Shown one piece after another: positions 8,868 through 18,915 of a stretch of DNA of 64,000 nt. Position 1 is the stretch's first letter; each line of letters begins with the position of its first letter. The notes beneath the pieces were generated by a model. The model ran no database searches, was not told the origin of the DNA, and was given only the letters and a program-made list of their open reading frames with translations. The stretch covers positions 544,001-608,000 of the forward strand of contig JBGAON010000002.1 in NCBI GenBank assembly GCA_044221725.1, read 5' to 3'. The translations under genes and the position numbers were made by a program. This DNA is from Elusimicrobiota bacterium. GTDB lineage: Bacteria > Elusimicrobiota > Elusimicrobia > F11.

Positions 8868-10762
8868 TCTCGTCCAAGCACTTTCCGGTCGTACCACTCC
8901 ACAAACATCAGCAGCGTCCACAAACGGCGCGCGAGATTCGTTTTCCGTTTCAGATGTTGGTCGAGCAATTGAATCGGATATTCCGGGTTTAAATAGGGGT
9001 TTGCTTTCAGTCGCGCCGGAGAGAATTTGTGGCGGGCCCATTCGAGCAAGTCGCCGGTCAACCATTTGGCCATGGGCGGAGAGAATCCCTTCTTCGCGCC
9101 CGACGTTATGTAGTCCGGCAGGCGCCCTTTCATGAGGCGGCGGATTAAATATTTCGTTGTCCAACCTTTAATCTTGTAATGCATGGGAATTTCGGCAGCA
9201 AATTCCACAATGCGGTGATCGAGAAAGGGCGGGCGCACCTCGAGCGAGTGCGCCATGCTGAGCCGGTCTACTTTAACCAAGAATTCATCCAACAAATGCG
9301 TGTTTTGATCGACGTACAAAAATTTCTCAAGACCGCTGCGACCATCCGCTTCCTGAAACGCCTTCACGTAACTTTCGCCGAGCGCGTGCTCGCGCGTCTG
9401 TTCCCAGAAAGCCGGCGAATACAAATCGCGCTTCACGTCTTTTGAAAAGATTTCGGTCCAACCAAAATGTTCGAGCGGAGACGGCCGATCGGATACGGCC
9501 ACGAATGCTTTCGCTTTGTAATCCAAGCTAATGCGGCCGTGCGACACCGGCAAGCTTTTTACAAGCGGCTCAATCAAATGCCGCCGCATCAGCTGTGGCA
9601 CGGCCTGATAAACCTGCGCGGCGCGATCGGCGATATACGTCGGATACCCTCCGAACAGTTCATCGCCGCCATCACCCGACAGCGCTACGGTCATTTTCTC
9701 CCGGGCCATCTTGGTGAGAAAATACGTCGGAATCATCGAATCGTCGCCGAACGGTTCATCGAAAATATCGATAAGGGGTGGGATTATTTCAAGAATGTGC
9801 GGCGACACTTCTTTTTCGATGTGATGGGTGCCCAAAAATTTCGCGACGCCTTTGGCTTCTTCCCGTTCCGAAAAAGACTTCTCGGCAAAATAAATATTGA
9901 ACGTCATGAGATCGGGCTTGTGTTTTTTCGCGTAGTAGGAAATTGTGGGAGAATCGACACCGCCCGAGAGAAAGGTTCCGAGCGGAACATCCGAAACCAT
10001 TTGCGCGCGCACCGCGTCGGCCAAGAGCGCATCGGTTTTCTCAAGGTAATAGCCCAAACCTTTGTCGGGGCCCGGCTGCGGCGTGAAATTCCAATATTTC
10101 TTGAACGAGACGCGGCCGTTCTCCCAGAGGAGAAGCGTTGCCGGCTCAAGTTTGCGGATCGATTTATAAATTGAACGCGGCGTGGGAATGTAACGCAGCG
10201 AAAGGAAATCGTCGACCGCGAACGGATCAATATCGCGCGGAACGCTTGGATCGGCGAGCAACGCCTTGATTTCGGATCCAAACACGAGTTTGTTTGGAAG
10301 CACCGCATAATAAAGAGGCTTTATACCCATCCGGTCGCGCGCGATCAGTAGTCGCTGGCGCCTTTTGTCCCACAACGCAAACGCGAACATGCCGTTCAGT
10401 TTTGCGGGCATCTCGTCGCCCCACACTTCGTAGCCGTGGACAAGCACTTCGGTGTCCGAATGCGTGCGGAACGTGTGGCCTTTGGCAACGAGTTCGGAAC
10501 GCAATTCTTGGAAATTGTAGGTTTCGCCGTTGTACACGACAACGACACTTCCGTCTTCGTTTTCGATTGGTTGTTTGCCGGTCGATAAATCAATAATCGA
10601 CAAGCGTCGCATCGCAAGGCCGACATCGCCGCCGGGGAACGCGCCAAAGAAATGGCCATCTTGATCGGGTCCGCGGTGCGTGAGCGTTTTGTTCATGCGC
10701 TCGACGAGCGAGCGGTCAACGCTCGCACCGTTCCACGTCAGCTCACCACAAATCCCACACAT
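8864..10762 (-). CDS. asnB: Asparagine synthase (glutamine-hydrolysing) family amidotransferase
   Basis: MCGICG, HRGPD, RDRMGIKPLYY, LSGGVDS, SGDGGDELFGGY. Confidence 0.95.
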   Translation of the reverse strand: MCGICGELTWNGASVDRSLVERMNKTLTHRGPDQDGHFFGAFPGGDVGLAMRRLSIIDLSTGKQPIENEDGSVVVVYNGETYNFQELRSELVAKGHTFRTHSDTEVLVHGYEVWGDEMPAKLNGMFAFALWDKRRQRLLIARDRMGIKPLYYAVLPNKLVFGSEIKALLADPSVPRDIDPFAVDDFLSLRYIPTPRSIYKSIRKLEPATLLLWENGRVSFKKYWNFTPQPGPDKGLGYYLEKTDALLADAVRAQMVSDVPLGTFLSGGVDSPTISYYAKKHKPDLMTFNIYFAEKSFSEREEAKGVAKFLGTHHIEKEVSPHILEIIPPLIDIFDEPFGDDSMIPTYFLTKMAREKMTVALSGDGGDELFGGYPTYIADRAAQVYQAVPQLMRRHLIEPLVKSLPVSHGRISLDYKAKAFVAVSDRPSPLEHFGWTEIFSKDVKRDLYSPAFWEQTREHALGESYVKAFQEADGRSGLEKFLYVDQNTHLLDEFLVKVDRLSMAHSLEVRPPFLDHRIVEFAAEIPMHYKIKGWTTKYLIRRLMKGRLPDYITSGAKKGFSPPMAKWLTGDLLEWARHKFSPARLKANPYLNPEYPIQLLDQHLKRKTNLARRLWTLLMFVEWYDRKVLGRD

Positions 10763-10800
10763 GTGTTTTATTTAGCAAAATATCGAAGACAGCTGTCACT

Positions 10801-11493
10801 ATGATTAAAGTCGCCTGCGCCGATTTTCCCGTTGGGAGAAAAACATACGAATCGAAGCTTCGAACCGTTGAGCTTGATCAACTGTTCGACAAAACGCCGC
10901 GCCCCGAAACGATTCTCAAATGGAAGAACGAAGCGCCCGATCAGTTTGATTTTATCGTCTGTGCATCCAAACTGATCACGCACGCCCCAACCGCTCGCGC
11001 GCACAGCACGCGCACAAGATCGCTGAGCACCGGCTCGTTCGCCGATTCGGCGATTGTTCGGCAGGCCTATACCAATACGCTGCAGATTGCGGAAGTTCTG
11101 CGCGCTCGTCTTGTGTTTTTCAAACTTCCATCGACGTTCGCTCCGAACGCCGACAACATTCAACGACTGCAGCGATTTTTCTCGCAAAAGCGTGGCCATA
11201 TTCTTTTTGTGTGGGAACCACCGATCTCGTGGCCACTGAATCTTATCGATGAACTTTCGGAAACCTATCGCATCATGCCGGTGATGAACCCGCTCGGAAA
11301 ACTGAAACCGACGCCGAATTCTCCAATGCGCTATTACCGCTTGGGGGGAAACGGAAAAACGTCCGGCACCGGCACAATTTCGTACGAAGAAATGAAAAAA
11401 GTGAAATCGCTCTGCGACACACCCCTCTGCTACGTCGTTTTCAACAACGGCCCCACCGCGTTCGAAGACGCCGTGAAATTTTCGCTGCTGTGA
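10801..11493 (+). CDS. DUF72 family protein
   Basis: TVELDQLF..P, KLITH, FKLPSTF, VWEP, YYRL.G, YVVFNN pattern. Confidence 0.8.
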   Translation: MIKVACADFPVGRKTYESKLRTVELDQLFDKTPRPETILKWKNEAPDQFDFIVCASKLITHAPTARAHSTRTRSLSTGSFADSAIVRQAYTNTLQIAEVLRARLVFFKLPSTFAPNADNIQRLQRFFSQKRGHILFVWEPPISWPLNLIDELSETYRIMPVMNPLGKLKPTPNSPMRYYRLGGNGKTSGTGTISYEEMKKVKSLCDTPLCYVVFNNGPTAFEDAVKFSLL

Positions 11494-11505
11494 GAAGCGC
11501 TGGGT

Positions 11506-11597
11506 CGTCATTCCCGCGAAAGCGGGAATCCAGGTCTTAAACTTTAGTTAAAAAGTATGAAACCATGCGTTTACTTGCTAACCAATCGGGAATGACG
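11506..11597. repeat. REP-like element, family B (right arm decayed)
   Basis: Left arm identical to 4582-4609; right remnant CGGGAATGACG. Confidence 0.85.
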
Positions 11598-11602
11598 ATT
11601 CA

Positions 11603-13321
11603 ATGTTAAACCCCGTTCTTGCAACAATTCTTTATGAAATGGGGGACTTGTTGGATTTGGCGGGCGATAATCCGTTTCGGATTCGCGCGTTTCGGCGCGC
11701 GGCGCAGACGGTTGAAACCTATCCAGAAGATTTTGGAAATCTCTCGCGCGAACAGATGCTCGCGATCCCGGGAATTGGAAAAGGTATTTGCGACATTGTC
11801 GATGAAGTCAAAGGCCGCGGAAAGAGTGCCGAACACCTGAAGCTGAAGCAGAAATTTCCAGAAGGCGTGCTGCAAATCATGCGTTTGGGCGGCGTGGGCC
11901 CGCGCCGCGCGGCACAACTATTTCGAGAACTGAAAATCGATTCGCTTCCGAAGCTCGAAGCCTCCGCAAAACGCGGTCTTCTTCAGAAACTCGCGGGCTT
12001 TGGCGACAAACTCGAACAAAAAATTCTCAAGAACATTGCGTATGCTGAGTCGACCGGCAAACGATTGATTGTAACCCAAGCGCGCGCGTTGGCCGAAGGT
12101 TTGCGCGCGCACCTATTGAAGTCTCCCCACATTCAACAGTTGGAGCTGGCCGGCTCGGCACGCCGTTGGAAAGAAACGGTCGGCGATCTTGATTTTCTGT
12201 GCACGAGCGACCGACCGAAAGACGCAATCGCTCATTTTTTGAAATCGGCCAGTATCAAACAGAACTTGGGCGCGGGCGACACGAAGGCCAGCGTGCAACT
12301 CGCGAGCGGCGTGCAAGTGGATTTTCGTGTGGTGGACGCCTCAAGCTTCGGCGCCGCGCTTTTGTATTTCACGGGATCCAAAGAGCACAACGTGCGCCTG
12401 CGCGAATTGGCCCAAAAAAAGGGCATGACACTGAACGAGTATGGTCTTTTCAAAATTTCAGATAAAGAACAAAAGAAACCCGTCGCTGGTAAAACGGAAC
12501 AGGAGGTCTACGAAAAACTTGGAATGCAATGGATTCCGCCGGAACTCCGCGAAGATCGAGGAGAAATCGACGCTAGCTTAAAAAACCAACTGCCCGATTT
12601 AATCGACGTTGAAGACGTCCTCGGCGATTTCCACAACCACACGAAACTTTCCGACGGCGCGCATTCACTTGAAGAAATGGTGGACGCCGCACAAAAACAC
12701 GGCTGGAAATGGTTTTTTAGTGGTGATCATTCGCCCTCGTTAACCATCGCGCACGGCTTGCCGGTTCCGGTGCTCAAACAGAAAATGAACGCGATCCAGA
12801 AATTAAACAAATCAATGAACGATTTTTCGGTGTATTCGAGCTCCGAAGTTGATATCTTGCCACAAGGAAAAATGGATTATCCGGCGGAAACACTCAAAGA
12901 ATTGGATTGCGTCATCGCGAGCGTTCACTCGCGATTTAATCAATCGGAACAAGAGATGACCGAGCGTATTTGCACGGCACTCAAAAATCCGGACGTGGAT
13001 ATTCTCGGCCATTTGTCGGGCCGGTTGCTGCAGCGCCGTGACAGTTACGCGCTAAACGTGGAAGAGGTGCTGCAAACGGCAAAAAAAACCGAAACGGCCA
13101 TTGAGATTAACGGCCAACCCGAACGACAGGAATTAACCGACGTGCACGTGAAACGCGCGATCGAACTTGGCATTCCGTTGGCGCTCAACACCGACGCCCA
13201 TTCGATGCAGGAACTTGAACACATGACGCTCGCCGTGCACATTGCGCGGCGCGGCTGGGCCGAACCCAAGCACATCATTAACTGTCTATCAGCGCAGGAA
13301 ATTATTGAATGGCTTCATTAG
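11603..13321 (+). CDS. polX: DNA polymerase X / PHP domain protein
   Basis: GSARR, VGDLD, YFTGSKEHN, PPELRE; PHP motifs HNHT, DHS, TDAH. Confidence 0.96.
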   Translation: MLNPVLATILYEMGDLLDLAGDNPFRIRAFRRAAQTVETYPEDFGNLSREQMLAIPGIGKGICDIVDEVKGRGKSAEHLKLKQKFPEGVLQIMRLGGVGPRRAAQLFRELKIDSLPKLEASAKRGLLQKLAGFGDKLEQKILKNIAYAESTGKRLIVTQARALAEGLRAHLLKSPHIQQLELAGSARRWKETVGDLDFLCTSDRPKDAIAHFLKSASIKQNLGAGDTKASVQLASGVQVDFRVVDASSFGAALLYFTGSKEHNVRLRELAQKKGMTLNEYGLFKISDKEQKKPVAGKTEQEVYEKLGMQWIPPELREDRGEIDASLKNQLPDLIDVEDVLGDFHNHTKLSDGAHSLEEMVDAAQKHGWKWFFSGDHSPSLTIAHGLPVPVLKQKMNAIQKLNKSMNDFSVYSSSEVDILPQGKMDYPAETLKELDCVIASVHSRFNQSEQEMTERICTALKNPDVDILGHLSGRLLQRRDSYALNVEEVLQTAKKTETAIEINGQPERQELTDVHVKRAIELGIPLALNTDAHSMQELEHMTLAVHIARRGWAEPKHIINCLSAQEIIEWLH

Positions 13322-13713
13322 ACCGACGCAAAATTCCGATTTCCAAATCACCGATTTGGCCGGCACTCTTATCGGCGCTCGTGGCGCCGGGCGTCGGCCA
13401 ATTGGCCAACCGCGATTTTGGAAAAGGGATTTTCTTGCTGGTCTCTTCCGTCGCATCGTTCGTTTGGTTTTCGAAAGTTGTGACCGAACGGCTATCGACG
13501 TTGTTGCCTGGAACACCGGAGCAGTGGGCCACCAATCCCGACGTTATGCGCGAAGCGCTCTTGAAGCTGGTGGGGGAAAACGGCGAAATGTTCGTGACGT
13601 TTCAAGTTTTGATTCTTCTCATTTGGGGTTTTGCCGTGCTCGACGCGTATTTCACCGCGCGAAAATTGCGAACAAACACTGTGACAAATGAAGATCCAAA
13701 CACTCTCGGTTGA
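13309..13713 (+). CDS. Small membrane protein
   Basis: LSALVAPGVGQ motif, about 3 TM segments, overlaps both neighbours. Confidence 0.7.
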   Translation: MASLDRRKIPISKSPIWPALLSALVAPGVGQLANRDFGKGIFLLVSSVASFVWFSKVVTERLSTLLPGTPEQWATNPDVMREALLKLVGENGEMFVTFQVLILLIWGFAVLDAYFTARKLRTNTVTNEDPNTLG

Positions 13714-14371
13714 TCAGGCGCGAAAACTCGACACGCGCGCCGAAAGCGAGTTTGGCATTCCGCTCTTGTTGCTAATGGAAAACGCCGGCATTGGACTTGC
13801 CGGCTACATCCGGCAGTACATGATTCCGCCGATCAATCGTTGCCGCGTTGCGATGATTTGTGGGACCGGAAATAAAGCGGGCGACGCGTTCGTGGCGGCG
13901 CGCCATTTGTATCAAACGGGAATTCTCTGCGACGTTTTTCTGGTCGGTGAGGAGCCGCGCATGAAAGAAGAGGCGGCGATAAATTTTCGTATCATCAAGA
14001 ACCTCGGAATCCCCTGCAAACCAATTGGCGAATTCGAGAAGGAAACGCAGCGATGGAGTTTCGTTCCGGTGCTGATCATCGACGCGCTCCTCGGAACCGG
14101 TTTCAAGGCGCCTTTGCGCGAACCGTTCCTCAGCGCGGTTCGTCGGATCAACAAATTTAAAAAGCTTCACAACTGTTCGGTAAAAGTGGTCGCCGTGGAT
14201 TTGCCGTCGGGGCTCGATGGGGATGAGGGGCCTCTCAACGAAGATGTGGTGCGAGCGGACTTAACGGTCACGTTCGCGTGCCTCAAAAAAGGCATGTCGA
14301 AACCCGAGGCGCGCGCGTTCGTTGGCCGAGCGGAAGTCGTTGATATTGGGATTCCAGAGAAATTATTCTGA
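13688..14371 (+). CDS. nnrE: NAD(P)H-hydrate epimerase (YjeF N-domain)
   Basis: LMENAG, IDALLGTG, AVDLPSG, ADLTVTF, DIGIP. Confidence 0.92.
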   Translation: MKIQTLSVDQARKLDTRAESEFGIPLLLLMENAGIGLAGYIRQYMIPPINRCRVAMICGTGNKAGDAFVAARHLYQTGILCDVFLVGEEPRMKEEAAINFRIIKNLGIPCKPIGEFEKETQRWSFVPVLIIDALLGTGFKAPLREPFLSAVRRINKFKKLHNCSVKVVAVDLPSGLDGDEGPLNEDVVRADLTVTFACLKKGMSKPEARAFVGRAEVVDIGIPEKLF

Positions 14372-14386
14372 CAGGAGGAGTGGAGG

Positions 14387-14620
14387 ATGATTACAGGACT
14401 CGTTTTGGTTCGACTGCAAGCTGGAAAAGAAAACCAAGCTTTGGTCAAAATTAAAGAAATCAAAGGGATTTCTCACGTCTCCGCTGTGTATGGTCGTTGG
14501 GACTTGGTCGTGGATATCGAGACCGATGATATGGCGTCCATGAGTCGTCTTGTCGTGGAAAAAATCCGCACGATTCCCGGAGTGTTCAATACCGAAACGC
14601 TCGTCACTACCGCCATATAG
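14387..14620 (+). CDS. Lrp/AsnC ligand-binding (RAM) domain protein without HTH
   Basis: 77 aa; VYGRWDLVV, IRTIPGV..TETL; strong GGAGG RBS. Confidence 0.85.
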   Translation: MITGLVLVRLQAGKENQALVKIKEIKGISHVSAVYGRWDLVVDIETDDMASMSRLVVEKIRTIPGVFNTETLVTTAI

Positions 14621-14629
14621 CGGCGCCGC

Positions 14630-15907
14630 ATGATCAGAACTCTCACCGAGGCGCCGCATCCGTTTAAGGGAACAGAAATTCACACGCTCCCAAACGGGCT
14701 TCAAATCATTCTCAAATCCGACCCGACGGTTCCCGTCGTAGCGCTCCAAGCCTGGACACGTTGCGGCGCCATCGATGAAGCCCCCAATATTTACGGTATT
14801 TCGCACGGCCTCGAACACATGGTGTTCAAGGGCACACCAAAACGGAGCGCCGGAGAAATTACCCGCGCCGTCGAATCCAGCGGCGGTTCAATGAACGCTG
14901 CCACTCAGCTCGAAACCACGCATTATTACATCGACATTCCTGCTTACTCGGCGAAGAAAGCCATCGACGTTCTGGCCGACACAATTTTAAATCCGACATT
15001 TCCCCAGGAAGAATTGGAGCGGGAACGGCTTGTCATTCTCGAAGAGATACATCGCCGCGACGACAGCCCCGACGCCACGCTTTGGGACGAATTTGCGTCG
15101 CATGTTTTCCATAACACACCGTATGGCATCAAAGTGATCGGGAGCGTCGAAACCGTTTCCGCTATGTCACGCGAAGATTTGCTGACGTATTTTGGAGCGC
15201 ATTACGTCCCGTCCAAGATGAGCATTGTCGTCGCCGGGGATTTCAAAAAAGACGCGGTGCTCAAGCAATTGACCGCTCTATTCGAGAATCAACCGTTCAA
15301 AAAACCACCGGTGACGCCGACCGTCGAAATTCAAGCGATCGCGACACCAACGCGCACGATTATTCAGAAGCCCGTTCAGCAGACGTATTTTGCAATGGGA
15401 CTCCCCACGATGGGATTTGGGGATCCGGATGTTGTTGGTCTCGATCTTTTGGCCGATGTTTTGGGCGGTGGTGCAAGCGCACGGCTTTATCAGCGACTCA
15501 GAGAGGAAAGCCAAACAGTTCTTTCAATCTCGTGTGATTATGTGCCGTTTCAACAACGGGGACTGTTCGCGTTCTTTGGCGAAGCGAAACCAGAGAAAGC
15601 TCAGGAAGCGATCTGGAGACTAACCGAGGAGGTCGATCGCTTAAAAACCGTGCCGGTGCAACCGGCGGAACTCGCGCGCGCGAAAGCGCGGATAAAAAGC
15701 GAATGGCTGCATGGATCCGAAACTCCGCACGGACAGGCGAACACGCTGGGCTCCTTGAGCGTGCTTGGCCACACGGAATTTATTAATACCTACCTTGCGC
15801 AGATCGATGCGATGAGACCCGATGATTTGATGGAAGTCTATCGGCGGCACCTGGAAGACAAGGCGTTTTTCACGACGATGGTCGTGCCCGAGACCGCGCG
15901 CTCATGA
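14630..15907 (+). CDS. M16 zinc peptidase, catalytic subunit
   Basis: LPNGL, HGLEHMVFKGT (HxxEH), ERLVILEE, SARLYQRLRE. Confidence 0.93.
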   Translation: MIRTLTEAPHPFKGTEIHTLPNGLQIILKSDPTVPVVALQAWTRCGAIDEAPNIYGISHGLEHMVFKGTPKRSAGEITRAVESSGGSMNAATQLETTHYYIDIPAYSAKKAIDVLADTILNPTFPQEELERERLVILEEIHRRDDSPDATLWDEFASHVFHNTPYGIKVIGSVETVSAMSREDLLTYFGAHYVPSKMSIVVAGDFKKDAVLKQLTALFENQPFKKPPVTPTVEIQAIATPTRTIIQKPVQQTYFAMGLPTMGFGDPDVVGLDLLADVLGGGASARLYQRLREESQTVLSISCDYVPFQQRGLFAFFGEAKPEKAQEAIWRLTEEVDRLKTVPVQPAELARAKARIKSEWLHGSETPHGQANTLGSLSVLGHTEFINTYLAQIDAMRPDDLMEVYRRHLEDKAFFTTMVVPETARS

Positions 15908-17193
15908 GAAAACTTTCGCTCAAGGAATTCCGATTTCCGAACGGTCTAACGCTTATTCATCTGCACACGCAAAATGATCCGATCTCGGCGTGCCACTTGT
16001 TTTTGCCGGGTGGAACGAACCGCGAAACGGACAAAAATGCCGGCATCACGTTTCTCATGTGGTCGATGCTCACAAAAGGCACCGATCACAGAAACGCACG
16101 GCAGATCGCCGAGGACATTGAATCGATTGGCGCCTCGATCGGCGCCGGTACGACCCACGACTATTCGGAAATTTCCTGTCACGCGGTATCCGACTATTTC
16201 GTTCCCGCGCTCGACATCATGGGCGAGATGTTGTTCCGTCCAGCGTTCGCGGCATCCGAGGTAGAAAAAGAGCGCGCAGCGCTTATGGCCGGCATTCGGT
16301 CGAAAAAAGAAAGTATTTTCACGGTGGCGAACGAGCAACTAAACAAGAATTTGTACGGCGCGCATTCGTACGCTCGGCCGTCGAGCGGCACCGAGGGAAG
16401 TGTGGCCTCCCTCCAGCGGTCCGATATCCTTCAATGGCACAAGAAAACCTTCATTCCCGATCAAGCCATCTTTGTCGTCGCATCAAATCTTAAATTTGAA
16501 CAGGTGAAGCACGAGACCGCGCGGTTGTTTGGCCCGCGCATCTGGAAGAAAAGCGGCGAGAAAGTTCGCAAACCGGTCTACACCACGCCGTTCAAAACGG
16601 CAAAAAACATTGCGCTAAAGGAAAAATTTGAGCAAGCCTATTTGCTGATCGGATTCGCGGCACCACCAATTTCATCGAAAGACTACGTTCCTCTAAAAAT
16701 ATTGAACGCTTGCCTGGGCGGCGGAATGAGCGCACGACTTTTCCAACAGCTGCGCGAACAGGAAGGACTCGCTTACGATGTCGGCGCGTTTTACGCGTCA
16801 AAGAAACTCGGCAGCGCGTTCGTGACGTACATGGGACTTCAACCGTCCCGACTCGAGGAAGCAAAGAAAAGAATCCACGCGGTGCTTCAAGATGTATTGT
16901 CGAGGCCAATTCCCGAGAAAGAGCTTTCCGAAACAAAGAACTACATCAAAGGCACCTACATTCTTGATCATCAGACCAACAGTCAGCGCGCTCATTATCT
17001 CGGCTGGTGGAAAATGCTGGGGCTCGGCACGCAGTTTGACTCCACGTACATCAAACAAATCGACCGCGTCACGAGCCGCGAGCTGCACCGCGTCGCGAAG
17101 AAAGTGCTCGGGGGGAAATCAATCACGGTAGAAATCACTCCGATAAAGATAAAAAATCCTAATCCCTCTCCCTTTAGGGAGAGGGTAGGGTGA
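15904..17193 (+). CDS. M16 peptidase, non-catalytic partner
   Basis: M16 fold, HxxEH replaced by FLMWS; GMSARLFQQLREQEGLAY. Confidence 0.9.
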   Translation: MRKLSLKEFRFPNGLTLIHLHTQNDPISACHLFLPGGTNRETDKNAGITFLMWSMLTKGTDHRNARQIAEDIESIGASIGAGTTHDYSEISCHAVSDYFVPALDIMGEMLFRPAFAASEVEKERAALMAGIRSKKESIFTVANEQLNKNLYGAHSYARPSSGTEGSVASLQRSDILQWHKKTFIPDQAIFVVASNLKFEQVKHETARLFGPRIWKKSGEKVRKPVYTTPFKTAKNIALKEKFEQAYLLIGFAAPPISSKDYVPLKILNACLGGGMSARLFQQLREQEGLAYDVGAFYASKKLGSAFVTYMGLQPSRLEEAKKRIHAVLQDVLSRPIPEKELSETKNYIKGTYILDHQTNSQRAHYLGWWKMLGLGTQFDSTYIKQIDRVTSRELHRVAKKVLGGKSITVEITPIKIKNPNPSPFRERVG

Positions 17194-17256
17194 GGGCCTC
17201 CCTGGGATCCCTCACCCGGCCGCCTTCGGCGACCGACCTCTCCCTAAAGGGAGAGG
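17164..17256. repeat. REP-like element, family D (CCCTCTCCC..GGGAGAGGG), inverted pair
   Basis: CCCTCTCCCTTTAGGGAGAGGGTAGGGTGAGGG ... CCCTCACCC ... CCTCTCCCTAAAGGGAGAGG. Confidence 0.85.
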
Positions 17257-18860
17257 TGATTCTTCTTTTCCTATTTCTCCTTTCCGCCTGCAATCCGATA
17301 AAAACCCACAAACTCACTTACGACAAATCAAAAGTCGACCTCACGCCGGTGAACGGCGGCTCCTATGTTGAAGCTTCAATTGGTGATGCCTCTTTTCTAA
17401 ATCCTCTGCTCGCCACCGACTCCGCGTCAAACGACATCAACGGGAATGTTTTCAACGGTCTCGTGAAATATGACAAAGACATCAACCTCGTGGGCGACTT
17501 GGCCGAACACTGGGAAATTGCCGATGGCGGCCGGAAAATCACGTTCCATTTGCGCAAAGACGTTCTGTGGCACGACCGCGAGCCGTTCACGTCGGCCGAC
17601 GTGCTGTTCACCTACAAAACGTTGATCAATCCAAAAATCCGCACGGCGTTCGCATCCGATTATCAATTGGTCGCCAGCGCGGAAACACCGGACGCTTACA
17701 CGTTTCGCGTCACCTACAAAGAACCGTTCGCACCGGCGCTTGAATCGTGGGGCATGGGAATTATTCCGAAACATATTTACGAGGGTCACGACGTGAACAC
17801 GTTCGAAGCGAACCGCCATCCGATTGGAACAGGGCCCTTCATGTTTAAAGAATGGGTTCCGGATGAAAAAATCATTCTCGTGGCGAACCCCAATTATTTT
17901 CGCGGGCGGCCACCGATCGATCGCTACGTGTACCGCATTATTCCGGACATGTCCGTGCAATTTTTGGAACTTCGCCAAGGCACGCTCGGCGGAATGACAC
18001 CGACCCCGGATCAATACAACGGCTATCCCGAATTTTTTGAGTCGTACGACAAATATCATTACCCGGCGTTTCGCTACGACTACGTGGCGTTCAATTTATT
18101 GAATCCGATGTTCACGGACGTGCGCGTGCGCCGCGCCATTTCGGAGTCTATCAATCGCAAGGAAATCATCGAGGGCGTGTACCAAGGGCTCGCGGTGCCG
18201 GCGACAGGCCCTTTTCCTCCGACAAGCTGGGCCTATAATCCAGACGTTCCACGAACGCCCTACGACTTGGCCAACGCCAAAAAGTTGTTGGCGGATGCCG
18301 GATGGACCGATCACGACAACGACGGAATCCTCGACAAAGGCGGCAAACCGTTTGAATTCACATTGTCCACGAACCAAGGCAACAAGGTGCGTGAGTCGAT
18401 GGCGCAAGTGATTCAGAACAGTCTCGCCAAGATCGGCATTCGCATGAACATTCGTATCGTCGAGTGGTCGGTTTTTATTCACAAATATGTCGATGAACGC
18501 CAGTTCGACGCCGTGCTCCTTGCGTGGAATCTATCGCGCGACCCGGATTGCCATCCGATTTGGCATTCGAGCAACACAAAGGTGGGGCAGTACAACTTTG
18601 TGAATTACAAAAATTCCGAGGTGGACCGACTCATCGAGGAAGGACGTCGCACGTTTGATGTTGAGAGACGAAAGACGATCTACCGAAAAATTCATGAGCT
18701 CATCGCGAACGACGTGCCCTATGCATTTCTTGTGGTGCCCGAATCGCTACCGGTCGTGCATAAAAAATTCATCGGCGTCCACCAAGCGCCGGCCGGCATC
18801 GGCTGGAATTTTGATAAGTGGTTTATTCCCAAAGAGTGGCAAACCGAGTTCGCGTCGTGA
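17190..18860 (+). CDS. oppA: Peptide ABC transporter substrate-binding lipoprotein (family 5)
   Basis: Lipobox LSAC; NGLVKYD, FTSADVLFT, PIGTGPF, DVRVRRAI; start uncertain (17190 or 17256). Confidence 0.92.
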   Translation: MRASLGSLTRPPSATDLSLKGEVILLFLFLLSACNPIKTHKLTYDKSKVDLTPVNGGSYVEASIGDASFLNPLLATDSASNDINGNVFNGLVKYDKDINLVGDLAEHWEIADGGRKITFHLRKDVLWHDREPFTSADVLFTYKTLINPKIRTAFASDYQLVASAETPDAYTFRVTYKEPFAPALESWGMGIIPKHIYEGHDVNTFEANRHPIGTGPFMFKEWVPDEKIILVANPNYFRGRPPIDRYVYRIIPDMSVQFLELRQGTLGGMTPTPDQYNGYPEFFESYDKYHYPAFRYDYVAFNLLNPMFTDVRVRRAISESINRKEIIEGVYQGLAVPATGPFPPTSWAYNPDVPRTPYDLANAKKLLADAGWTDHDNDGILDKGGKPFEFTLSTNQGNKVRESMAQVIQNSLAKIGIRMNIRIVEWSVFIHKYVDERQFDAVLLAWNLSRDPDCHPIWHSSNTKVGQYNFVNYKNSEVDRLIEEGRRTFDVERRKTIYRKIHELIANDVPYAFLVVPESLPVVHKKFIGVHQAPAGIGWNFDKWFIPKEWQTEFAS

Positions 18861-18876
18861 CCGCAATTCGTAAAAA

Positions 18877-18907
18877 TGGGCCCTGGGTAGAGACATTCCA
18901 GAGCGAC
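18877..18907. repeat. Half REP-like element, family A
   Basis: TGGGCCCTGGGTAGAGACATTCCAGAGCGAC matches the right arms at 3527 and 21656. Confidence 0.7.
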
Positions 18908-18915
18908 AAGAGCTT

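Noticed and set aside
8864..10762. Lasso peptide cyclase
   Set aside because: Intact N-terminal Cys glutaminase domain, and no B protein or precursor peptide nearby.
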